A stretch of 64,000 nucleotides of DNA from an uncultured cyanobacterium (lineage in GTDB: Bacteria; Cyanobacteriota; Cyanobacteriia; Pseudanabaenales; Pseudanabaenaceae), in assembly GCA_963703315.1 (NCBI GenBank), contig OY969811.1:512001-576000 (forward strand), read 5' to 3'. Under the pieces are notes generated by a model. That model did no database searches. It was not told the DNA's origin and saw only the letters and a list, made by a program, of their open reading frames with translations. Shown here in pieces: positions 34,513-43,592 of this stretch. The translations under genes and the position numbers were made by a program. The first letter of the stretch is position 1. Every line of letters begins with the position of its first letter.

Positions 34513-34827
34513 TTATTTATCATCAATGTTTAAGTCACGCAATGACTCAACGGTTTGTTTGCGTCCATTTTTGCCTTCAGCCGTAGCCAGTTCTTGACTC
34601 ACTGAATCGATCGCTGCATTAAGTTGAGCAATTTTCTTCTCCAGATTACGACGCGCAAACTCATTAGAAGTCTGAGGCTTATCAATTAGGCGATCGCTGT
34701 CGGATTGGCGATCGTCAGTTTCATCTTCTGGCTCAGTGATCTTAATTGCCACTAATGCGCCAACTACGCCACCAATAGCAGCCCCGAAGAGAAAGCCTCC
34801 CCAAAAATTACCTGAATTATCTGCCAT
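34513..34827 (-). CDS. YtxH-like hypothetical protein
   Basis: FWGGFLFGAAIGGVVGAL plus coiled coil LEKKIAQLNAAID. Confidence 0.7.
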   Translation of the reverse strand: MADNSGNFWGGFLFGAAIGGVVGALVAIKITEPEDETDDRQSDSDRLIDKPQTSNEFARRNLEKKIAQLNAAIDSVSQELATAEGKNGRKQTVESLRDLNIDDK

Positions 34828-34916
34828 AGCTTTGCCCTAACGATCTCAACAATCTGAAATACCGAGACTTTTGGGACATCATATCATTTTGGTTTGCGTT
34901 ACAGCATAGCGAACTC

Positions 34917-34996
34917 AAAAAGCAGATGGAGCGCAAAGCGCTCCATCTGCTTTTTAAATAGATGAAGGCGGCGCTTTGCGCCGCCTTCATCTATTT
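34917..34996. repeat. Two abutting GC-core hairpins
   Basis: aaaaagcagatggagcgc-aaa-gcgctccatctgcttttt and aaatagatgaaggcggcgc-ttt-gcgccgccttcatctattt. Confidence 0.75.
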
Positions 34997-35033
34997 GGGT
35001 TGCAAAACTTATCATTGTGGTAAGCACTGTAGC

Positions 35034-35147
35034 TATAGTTGTCGCCATTTGTATTATGACAAATCAAAACCCCAGAAGCGAGTGGCGGCGCTTCGCGCCG
35101 CCACTCGCTTCTGGTTTTGTGTCCTAACAAGACTGGCGGCAGCTATA
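35034..35147. mobile_element. Family A element (reverse orientation)
   Basis: Reverse complement is nearly identical to 11036-11150. Confidence 0.8.
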
Positions 35148-35150
35148 AAA

Positions 35151-36041
35151 CTATAGCGGTGCTTTTGTGACAATTTTAGGCTTCAGTACCATAGAGGTAG
35201 CACTTTTACTTTCATCAAGCTTGGTGAGAAAGCTTGACAATATCTTGGGATCTAATTCTGCGGGGAGAATGAGTTTACCTTGTTCATCTCTTTTCATAAA
35301 AGCTGAATTGTTACTTAGACCCGCTTTGATAACATTACTCCGCTCGGTAAGGGCGACATCATCCTTAGGATTTTTTGATAGCCAACTAGTATAAGCATCG
35401 ATCGCATCATACCAATATGCATTTTTTGCATATATTCTTGCTTTTTCTAAATCATTTTTGGCGGCGGCGATCGCCTTTAAAGTTATCGCATCGTCATCAC
35501 GTCGGATTGGAGCATTAATATCGACTTGCATAGCTCCACCAATTGCTTGCCAACGAATCTGCCAACGCTGTACTTTTCCTTTAACTAACTCAGGCGCATT
35601 TTCGGGCAAAGTAAACTTGTACAGACCAGAGCCTTCTGCTTTGCCTTCGGCAACAAAAACAGACTTTGCAGATCTATCGTTGCTATCGCGTAAAAAGAAA
35701 GTAATCTTGGAAGAAGTTTTGTCACCTTCAACCTTAGGAATAGTTGTTGAAGGTGTGGCAGTGTCTTCAGGCGCAATGTACCAATAAAATGTAGGGCGAG
35801 AAGCTAAAGTCTTTGCTCCATCTTCTGGCGAAAGGATGGTAATCGGCGGCAAGTTACCTCTGGTTGCACCACCTGTACCTGCGGACTTAGGCAAGCCCAA
35901 TCCATATTGAGCAAACGCCGTAGGTACAAAAGTAAGCGAAGTTGCGACAGAAGATATACATAAAGTAGCGATCGCTGTTGTGCCAAGAGCGATCATCTTT
36001 TGTTTTGCAAGTTTGCTTGAAATCTTAGATATTGAAGTCAT
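35151..36041 (-). CDS. DUF928 domain exported protein
   Basis: Signal peptide, GGATRG, TLASRPTFYWY, YAKNAYWYDAI. Confidence 0.82.
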   Translation of the reverse strand: MTSISKISSKLAKQKMIALGTTAIATLCISSVATSLTFVPTAFAQYGLGLPKSAGTGGATRGNLPPITILSPEDGAKTLASRPTFYWYIAPEDTATPSTTIPKVEGDKTSSKITFFLRDSNDRSAKSVFVAEGKAEGSGLYKFTLPENAPELVKGKVQRWQIRWQAIGGAMQVDINAPIRRDDDAITLKAIAAAKNDLEKARIYAKNAYWYDAIDAYTSWLSKNPKDDVALTERSNVIKAGLSNNSAFMKRDEQGKLILPAELDPKILSSFLTKLDESKSATSMVLKPKIVTKAPL

Positions 36042-36158
36042 TTGTGTAATGATCCAAGTTGTTTTTACTAGTCTTGGTAGAGTGATGCTAACAAGACCTA
36101 ATTTATGATTTCAGGTCGATAAACTGGGCTAACAAGTTCCCTTTTATAAGAATCTTTA

Positions 36159-36253
36159 TATAGATGTCGTCATTTGTATCAAAACAAATCACAACCCCTT
36201 AAGCGAGTTGCGGCACAAAGCGCCGCAACTCGCTTAAGGGAAGCGTAGATATA
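36159..36253. mobile_element. Family A element (degenerate)
   Basis: tatagatgtcgtcatttgtat...cccttaagcgagttgcggcac-aaa-gcgccgcaactcgcttaaggg...gatata. Confidence 0.6.
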
Positions 36254-36260
36254 AAAGCTA

Positions 36261-36497
36261 TTATGGCGCAACTTTAGAAGCGATCGCCTCAGCCATTTCT
36301 TGAGTACCCACAGTTTTTCGCACGGACTCCAATACGCGATCGGGCAAAGGTGTACCGTGAGTTGCCATCACATCTACACCAGCATCTTCAATAGTCCAAT
36401 CAATCTTTACACCCGTTGCGTCAATAACTGTTTGCGTAGCTTTTGCTACTTCAGGTCTAATGCCATCACCACGAATCAACGTAACTGAGTAAGCCAC
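36261..36497 (-). pseudogene. Internally deleted isocitrate/isopropylmalate dehydrogenase family gene
   Basis: N-terminus VTLIRGDGIRPEV...GTPLPDRVLESVRKT fused directly to C-terminal-like VGTQEMAEAIA; 78 aa only. Confidence 0.75.
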
Positions 36498-37570
36498 AAA
36501 TCGTTTCCCTAAATTCTTCTAAATGGTTTTACAAAATGATTCACATACAAATTACATCAAATCAATTTCATGGCATCAATAAAGATCAATAAAGTTAGAT
36601 TTGATCCATTTATTTTGATAATTGACTTCACCCAGATGAATGATTACATTTAGCAGTTTTGGTCTAGACATCAAGGCTATCAAACTATGCAATCACGCAA
36701 ATGAAACATTTGTGACAATTAATCATAAAACTAATCCATATAATTTGCTGACCATCAGCCACAAGCTCATCTCTAATTTTCTTAAACAAAATTAAAGATG
36801 AGCAACAGCAATTGCAGGGAATAATTACTGTAAGGTCACCATTGGTTCATCCTATCCTCAGTAAAGTTTATCGTGAACTCTAAGAAAATGACTGTAGGGA
36901 ACCTCTAGTTTCTGATCACCGTCTTCGTTAGTCTGGCAGTCAATCAGGCTCAGTAAATACATTTAGCAGTCAGTATTGCTCAGAACTTGTGAGTATTCAC
37001 ATCACAGATTCTTAGTTCTAAAGTAGAAAATTCAGTTTCTTATCTATCGAAATCTTTATACCTAGACAATTACTTTAACAGTTGTATTCTTTAATATTTA
37101 CTAAATCTAATTTAGTCGCCATATAGGTAAATTTATAAGAAATTAATTAGGAAATTACATCTGTAGTTGCGAGCTATTTTTTACATTAAGGCTTTCTATT
37201 TTCATTTCTAACAATAGGTAGTAATCTCAATGTCATTAAAAGCCAAAAGTGATGAGTGTAAATACTTAGTTGAATTCTAGTTAAACCTTTAGAGAGATAG
37301 TGATAGCCGTCCTTTGACTTTTCTAATTAACTTGTAATAATATGTAACTCTAGACGCAAGAGATAAAAAGGTTGATCCTGTATTATACAAAGTCACTGTA
37401 GAGCAAGCGCTACGTTAGTCGCTTAATCTTACAAAACTTAAAGATTGTGATTTTAAGCTGTTAATCAAAATAAATTTAATTTTCAAGTTATGGGGTCTTC
37501 CTTGTCTCAGCCTTCTGGTCTTAGAGAAGCACTCTTTAAAAAACGCTTAGTTTAAAAAATTAGGAGCGAT

Positions 37571-38581
37571 ATGTCTGAAGAACCATTGACCCAACCCACA
37601 CCAAAAGCAGTGGATAGGCAAGCTAACAAGCAGGTCGGTCTGTCTGCTGACATGGTTCGCACGTATTTGCATGAAATCGGCAAGATTCCTCTACTTAGCA
37701 ATGAGGAGGAGATTATTTACGGTAAGCAAGTACAGCAGATGATGGCACTGTTTGAGGTGCAAGAAAAACTTGCCCAAAATAGCGATCGCTTACCAACTGA
37801 GCAAGAATGGGCTGAAGCTGTCGGCTTAGCTCCAGAGCTTTTACATAGCCATATTCGCATCGGTACAAGAGCTAAACGCAAAATGATTGAGGCGAATCTC
37901 CGTTTGGTCGTCTCCGTAGCAAAGAAATATCAAAAACGGAATCTAGAACTTCTAGACTTAGTACAGGAGGGAACGCTCGGATTAGAACGTGCCGTAGATA
38001 AGTTCGACCCAACTAAAGGCTTTAAGTTTTCGACCTATGCCTATTGGTGGATTCGTCAAGCGATTACGAGAGCGATCGCGCAGCAAGCACGGACTATTCG
38101 TCTGCCAGTTCACATCACCGAAAAGCTCAATAAAATCAAAAAAGCTCAGCGCCAACTATCGCAAGATTTAGGTCGGGTAGCTACTGTGGCGGAAATCGCT
38201 TATGAGCTAAATATCAAGACCGATCAAGTTCGTGAATGTCTATCCCTATCACGTCAGCCAATTTCCCTTGATTTACGCATTGGTGATAATCAAGATACGG
38301 AACTGGCGGAACTTTTAGAAGATACAGGACGTTCTCCTGATAATTATGTAGAACGGGAGTCTTTGCGAACAGATATTCAAAGTTTGCTGAAGGAGCTACC
38401 CGAAAAGCAACGTCAAGTTATGATTTTGCGTTACGGGCTAGAGGATGGTCAAGAGATGTCGTTAGCTAGCATTAGCAAGCGGATGGATCTTAGCCGTGAG
38501 CAAGTAAGGCAATTAGAACGTCAAGCGATGGATTATCTTCGCAAGCGTAAAGCGAGAATGCAGGAATATCTAGCTAGCTAA
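37571..38581 (+). CDS. Group 2 RNA polymerase sigma-70 factor (RpoD/SigA family)
   Basis: DMVRTYLHEIG, ANLRLVVSVAKKY, DLVQEG, KFSTYAYWWIRQAITRAI, region 4 HTH; no region 1.1. Confidence 0.93.
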   Translation: MSEEPLTQPTPKAVDRQANKQVGLSADMVRTYLHEIGKIPLLSNEEEIIYGKQVQQMMALFEVQEKLAQNSDRLPTEQEWAEAVGLAPELLHSHIRIGTRAKRKMIEANLRLVVSVAKKYQKRNLELLDLVQEGTLGLERAVDKFDPTKGFKFSTYAYWWIRQAITRAIAQQARTIRLPVHITEKLNKIKKAQRQLSQDLGRVATVAEIAYELNIKTDQVRECLSLSRQPISLDLRIGDNQDTELAELLEDTGRSPDNYVERESLRTDIQSLLKELPEKQRQVMILRYGLEDGQEMSLASISKRMDLSREQVRQLERQAMDYLRKRKARMQEYLAS

Positions 38582-38686
38582 TACCAAAACTAAAAATGGC
38601 TACGCCATTTTTAGTTTTGAAAACCCTTACTGGGTTTTGTTTATACCAATTCACGAAAGTGTGACCACACTTTCGTGAATTGGTAT
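38581..38686. mobile_element. Family C double-hairpin element
   Basis: ataccaaaactaaaaatggctacgccatttttagttttg...tataccaattcacgaaagtgtgaccacactttcgtgaattggtata. Confidence 0.75.
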
Positions 38687-38773
38687 AAACAACAAAGGCA
38701 ACGCATTGCGTTGCCTTTGTTATTTGAAAGATTGTTTCTCCGCAGAAGTCGGGAAACAATCCGTCTCTTTTTG

Positions 38774-39421
38774 CTAAAAAATACCAGATAGTTCGTAGAG
38801 ATGACGTAAAATCGCGAGAATTTTCTTGTCATAGTTAGCATCCTCCGCCCATTGCCCTGCAAGCTGACCTAATAAAGGTGCTGTTCCCCGCTTGACGAGT
38901 TTAAAGCGCGGGTCAACTAGTGGCTGGACTAAAGGCTTGGTGGTTGCATAAGCCTTTAGATGTTGAATTTGCGCTCTTACCCCAATACGGCGATCGCTAA
39001 AACTATCACCACGTACTCCATTACCGATCGCTCCAATACCCCCAAAATTATTTTGTTCTGGTTTCACATCCCCATCAAATTGCAAAAAACCTGTTTCTAA
39101 ACACATCTGACAAAAGGCGATGTCATAGTTCACATTTTCGATCGCTGCCTCCTCTCGATAGATGGTAGGCAAGTCTCCATAGATATTTAATGGTGCATTA
39201 TTGAGTTGTAATAGCCGTAATAATTGGACTTCTGAAGTAATTCCATCACCCATAATCCGATCAATTCTGCCAGTTAGGACTTGAGAACAGATTTTCTCTT
39301 TCCGCGCACTTGTGGACAAAGGTAAAAAGTCTTGAGCTTGAACAGTATTTTGGTATAGGCGATCAAAGGTAAATATAGCGATCGCACCAACTCCCATTTG
39401 AAGAAACTGCTTTCTTCTCAT
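38774..39421 (-). CDS. Tat-exported glucosaminidase (GH73-like) domain protein
   Basis: MRRKQFL twin-arginine signal; AFCQMCLETG, QNNFGGIG, GVRAQIQHLKAYA, WA.D.NY. Confidence 0.8.
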   Translation of the reverse strand: MRRKQFLQMGVGAIAIFTFDRLYQNTVQAQDFLPLSTSARKEKICSQVLTGRIDRIMGDGITSEVQLLRLLQLNNAPLNIYGDLPTIYREEAAIENVNYDIAFCQMCLETGFLQFDGDVKPEQNNFGGIGAIGNGVRGDSFSDRRIGVRAQIQHLKAYATTKPLVQPLVDPRFKLVKRGTAPLLGQLAGQWAEDANYDKKILAILRHLYELSGIF

Positions 39422-39450
39422 AACTGTTTCACTTTATCTAGCTGCAAATC

Positions 39451-39621
39451 CTAATCTTTATAGACGTTAAATAAATTTTGCTGTTTCTGACAAGGGGGAT
39501 TTGACGGATATTGAGTTCTGGGGTCACTGCAACTGCGAGGGTCTTGAGAGTAGGCAGAGGCAGTACCTGCAAAGGGAATCAGCAAAGCAGATGCAGAAAT
39601 AACTGATAGCAAAAATTTCAT
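39451..39621 (-). CDS. Small secreted two-Cys peptide (56 aa), not in the ORF track
   Basis: MKFLLSVISASALLIPFAGTASA|YSQDPRSCSDPRTQYPSNPPCQKQQNLFNVYKD; Sec signal with A-S-A; AAAGG upstream. Confidence 0.7.
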   Translation of the reverse strand: MKFLLSVISASALLIPFAGTASAYSQDPRSCSDPRTQYPSNPPCQKQQNLFNVYKD

Positions 39622-39764
39622 GATGTTGACCTTTGATATAAGTGATTAAGTTAAGAATTTTTCAGGCTAAAAATATTTATATGCAATTAAGTGGGCTTTG
39701 TGCAGATTTGCACGATTTTTGAGCCATTTAGCCTAGTTTTGAGAGAAGAAAATATTGCAGAACC

Positions 39765-40145
39765 TTAACAAGCCTTTTTTTCAAGCAATCTGGGACGATC
39801 AAGCTGAACCAGAGAATTACTTTGAGATTGCCTTGTATAGAGAAGACCTGTGGAAATAGCGTCGATTAAGTCTGGATTTTGGGTTGACTCGATCGCTAAA
39901 TCTAGAAATAAGCTCTCAATTTTTTGCATTGAGGCGATGATTTGATGTCTAATTTTGATGCGTGTGGTGGCTAACCAAAAAGATTGAGACTCTGCGGCAG
40001 AGCAATCTGTCATCAATAGTGCAATCTCATCTAGCAAAGAAGTGAGGTGATGCTCATCCTCTTGCGGCTGGACTGGCTGATGTCCTAAACGCGGCTGGAA
40101 TTGATGAGCAAAAATCGGCGGTGTGGGGAAAGCATCGCTTTGCAT
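39765..40145 (-). CDS. Hypothetical protein, paralog of the next ORF
   Basis: GGAGG RBS; shares a C-x3-E-x3-FW-x-A motif with 40155..40580. Confidence 0.7.
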   Translation of the reverse strand: MQSDAFPTPPIFAHQFQPRLGHQPVQPQEDEHHLTSLLDEIALLMTDCSAAESQSFWLATTRIKIRHQIIASMQKIESLFLDLAIESTQNPDLIDAISTGLLYTRQSQSNSLVQLDRPRLLEKKAC

Positions 40146-40154
40146 AGATCCTCC

Positions 40155-40580
40155 TTATTTCTGGATTGCTAAGTGAGGATGGGCAAAAGCACTGGATGAA
40201 AATCGAGATTGGCTTGACTTGAGATCGCTTGAGCGTTCAGACAAATGGTTGGATAAATGCAGTTGAGGGTAGGTCAAGTCTGCTAATACCTCCAAAATAC
40301 GGCAAAAATCTCGATGCTTTTTGCGATCAGTCAAAAATCTCGGTACTTCCAAATATTGTGAGCGTTTTTGGACTGCTTGTCGCAGATTGGCGATCGCCGC
40401 CCAAAAATTAGACATCTCCTCATAGGTACAAGCTAATAAAAATACTTCAATGTCATGAAGCACTTGCGAAAAGCGATCGGCAATGCTCGGACGCACATTT
40501 GGATACAACGATGATGTTTTGTACGGTGGACTAGGTAATAAATTAAGGTGACGTTGGGGCAAATGATGGGGGGCGCTCAT
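40155..40580 (-). CDS. Hypothetical protein, paralog of the previous ORF
   Basis: AGAGG upstream; 9 nt from the downstream paralog; shared motif. Confidence 0.7.
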   Translation of the reverse strand: MSAPHHLPQRHLNLLPSPPYKTSSLYPNVRPSIADRFSQVLHDIEVFLLACTYEEMSNFWAAIANLRQAVQKRSQYLEVPRFLTDRKKHRDFCRILEVLADLTYPQLHLSNHLSERSSDLKSSQSRFSSSAFAHPHLAIQK

Positions 40581-41442
40581 GTTTCAATGCCTCTAATTGT
40601 GAGGATATATGAGGAAAAGTCGTTTTTTGTCATAAAACCTTGTCTTTCTCTTGCCATAAGCACTTGCCAGTGATAAAAGAAGTACATATTTCTTTAAGTG
40701 AGGGTAAGTGAGCTTAATGGCTGAGGCAAAAGGCTTAAGAGGTGAATAAATCAACTTGATGACCTTTGTTGGAAATCAGCATACGATCTAAAACTTGATT
40801 TGCACACCAGAAAAAATAGTATTTTTTGTCAGTAAATGTATGAATAAAACTAAGCAAATATTGAATGTAATATCAAATCAAATGTATAAATCTTGGAATT
40901 TAATTTAATGTCTCATTAATTTAAAAACTCATAAATTCAATTGACATTAATCTTGGTTTGAATCTTTGATAATTCTGTCAATATATTGCAAATAATTTCA
41001 AAACATTGTTTTTAATTATTTTGTTGGCAAAAACAGTGATTTATGCTTTTATTGACTGACTTGATAGATGGATTGATGATTTGTAAAGCTTTGCCAGTAA
41101 TGAATTATCAGAAAAAACAAGAAAAAATTGCTATATCAAAAAGCCAATGTCTGACTAAATCAGGATCTAGATAAAAGTTAAGAAAATCTATTGCAAATCC
41201 CCAAATATATGTTATTTATCTAACGTGAAAAAACAAGAATATGTTGATTAAGATATCCATCGCTATCGTGATTAGTCATTATTTAAGGTTGATTAGAAAG
41301 ATTGTCATTCAAACTTAAATCTCAAAACAATTTGCAATAGGTATCTACTATTTATTGCAATTGCAAAAACAAGACTAACTTGACTATTAATTAAGACAAG
41401 ACTGAGACATTTACAGAGACATTACTAAGAGGAATTAAAACC

Positions 41443-43542
41443 ATGACTATTGAAGACGCGATCGCCATCGTTGATGCTGCCCTTGAGGGCAAGCGCCTCA
41501 GCAATATTCAAGAGCAACTATTTCGCCAAACATGGGAGGGTAAGACTTACTCTGAGATTGCAGAGAGATGTGGCTACGATTCTTCCTATATTCGTGATGT
41601 GGGCTATCGTTTATGGAAAACTCTGTCCGATGGCTTTGGTGAGCGCGTCACTAAGCACAATTTACAAGTTGTGATTCGCGCTCAAGCCAAGCGATTTCAA
41701 GGTAATGGCTCGATTAATGAGATTAACCAGCCGATCGCCCATCATCCTTTAATGGCAATCACAAATCCTAATCATGCTGATGTGAGTGATATGAAGCGTT
41801 GTGATTGGGGCAATGCGATCGACACTTCGATTTTTTATGGACGAACAGAAGAACTCGCAACTGTGAAGAATTGGGTGATTGGCGATCGCTGCCGTCTGCT
41901 CGGTGTATTTGGTATGGGTGGCATTGGTAAAACTGCTTTTGCAACCAAGTTAGCAGAACAGGTGCAAGGTGAATTTACATTGATTGCTTGGCGATCGCTC
42001 CGTAATGCGCCCACAGTGGAAACGATGTTGTCAGAATTGGTCAGCTTCTTAACCAATCAAGCGATCGCCAATTTGCCACAAGACTTTGATCGGTTGCTAG
42101 TTATGTTTATGCAATGCCTGAAACAATCACGCTGCTTAATTGTGATGGACAATGTGGAATCAATCTTACGCAGTGGTGAAACGGCAGGACATTACAGTGA
42201 AGGCTATGAAGGTTATGGTGAACTATTCCGTCAGGTTGGTGAAGTGCGTCATCAAAGCTGCTTGATTTTGACCAGCCGCGAAAAGCCTAATGACGTGTTG
42301 CCTCCCGATAGTAGCGATCGCATGGTACGTTCTCTGCAATTGACTGGTTTAAAAGAAGAAGCCCGTCAAATGTTTCGTGAAGAATTGGCGATCGCTCCAG
42401 AAACTCGCAAATTAATCGACTTCTATTGTGGTAATCCCCTCGCACTAACGGTGGTATCGCGTTCCATCTACAGTATGTTCGATGGCAATGTACAAGAATT
42501 TCTCGATCAAGATGCCAATGTCTTTGGTGATATCCGCAATCTCATCGATCAGCAATATTCGCGCCTTTCTGACCTAGAGCAGCAGATTATGTATTGGCTA
42601 GCGATCGAGCGTGAACCGATCACCACCGACAATCTCCGTCAAGACATTGTGCCGATGGTTTCCAAATCGCAAATTCTGGAATCGGTGATTTCCCTGCGTT
42701 GGCGATCGCTGATTGAGAAGAATGCCAATAGCTTCACACAGCAACCTGTGGTGATGGAATATATGACTGATCGCCTCATCGACACAGCTTATAGCTCCAC
42801 TATTGATCGCAATCCCGAATTCCTCATGAGCTATGCTTTGGTGCAGCCTCGTGCCGAAGACTACATTCGTGAGACGCAGATTCGTCAAGTTGTCCAACCC
42901 CTTACCAATCGCTTGCTTGCCCACTATGGCAGTGCGGAGATTTTGCAGCGTGAATTACAGAGCTTGCTGGAAACTCTGCGCGATCGCCAAACGGCGATCG
43001 GCTATGCACAGGGCAATATCATGAATCTGCTCCGAGCTTCGCAAACCGATCTCACCAAGAAATTTTGCCGCTTTCCTGAACGAGTGACGGAGCATTCCGA
43101 TTTGCAAATTTTAGAGAGATTGTTAGAAAGCGATCGCGCTGGTGGGCTAGCCACATGGGATCATCGTATTCCTTGGGCAAACAATCCTCTCGCTCAACAA
43201 ACTTCCGAATCCAAAACCCAAATCCGCAGCAAAAATCTCTACTACCAATGGACAGAAGGTTCCCTAGAACAGTTGCACCAAGAACTCAAGCAACAGCCCA
43301 AACTTCGTAAGAAATATCATGCATGGTTAAATGAGACCGAATTTGCAGCGATCGATGCGGATTTTGAAGCTGTCAAAATCACCGATACTCTCAATCAACC
43401 CGTTGATGCGAGATTGGTATTTATCAATGAAGTCAATGTGATTGAGCCGCCTGTGGGTTTACCAACTCCAAGCGATCGCCGCAGTCAAGATCGTAAGAGA
43501 AAGCAAGAGTTGCAAGCAAATCGGGCTAAAAAGCTAGGCTAA
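41443..43542 (+). CDS. STAND NTPase: N-terminal HTH + NB-ARC + C-terminal PAS-like domain
   Basis: GKTYSEIAE HTH; Walker A GMGGIGKT; Walker B LIVMDN; LTSRE; GNPLAL; QQPVVMEY; no WD40 repeats. Confidence 0.85.
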   Translation: MTIEDAIAIVDAALEGKRLSNIQEQLFRQTWEGKTYSEIAERCGYDSSYIRDVGYRLWKTLSDGFGERVTKHNLQVVIRAQAKRFQGNGSINEINQPIAHHPLMAITNPNHADVSDMKRCDWGNAIDTSIFYGRTEELATVKNWVIGDRCRLLGVFGMGGIGKTAFATKLAEQVQGEFTLIAWRSLRNAPTVETMLSELVSFLTNQAIANLPQDFDRLLVMFMQCLKQSRCLIVMDNVESILRSGETAGHYSEGYEGYGELFRQVGEVRHQSCLILTSREKPNDVLPPDSSDRMVRSLQLTGLKEEARQMFREELAIAPETRKLIDFYCGNPLALTVVSRSIYSMFDGNVQEFLDQDANVFGDIRNLIDQQYSRLSDLEQQIMYWLAIEREPITTDNLRQDIVPMVSKSQILESVISLRWRSLIEKNANSFTQQPVVMEYMTDRLIDTAYSSTIDRNPEFLMSYALVQPRAEDYIRETQIRQVVQPLTNRLLAHYGSAEILQRELQSLLETLRDRQTAIGYAQGNIMNLLRASQTDLTKKFCRFPERVTEHSDLQILERLLESDRAGGLATWDHRIPWANNPLAQQTSESKTQIRSKNLYYQWTEGSLEQLHQELKQQPKLRKKYHAWLNETEFAAIDADFEAVKITDTLNQPVDARLVFINEVNVIEPPVGLPTPSDRRSQDRKRKQELQANRAKKLG

Positions 43543-43592
43543 ACAAAATGAATAAACTCGCCGCTAGCGGCGAGTTTATTCATTTTGTTTAG
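43539..43592. repeat. 54-bp perfect palindrome joining convergent genes
   Basis: ctaaacaaaatgaataaactcgccgct|agcggcgagtttattcattttgtttag. Confidence 0.9.

Noticed and set aside
34962..35156. 64-aa ORF MKAALCAAFIY...
   Set aside because: It is made almost entirely of hairpin and family A repeat sequence.
36988..37006. tgtgagtattcacatcaca as a CRP site
   Set aside because: Half-site spacing is 4 or 9 nt, not 6.
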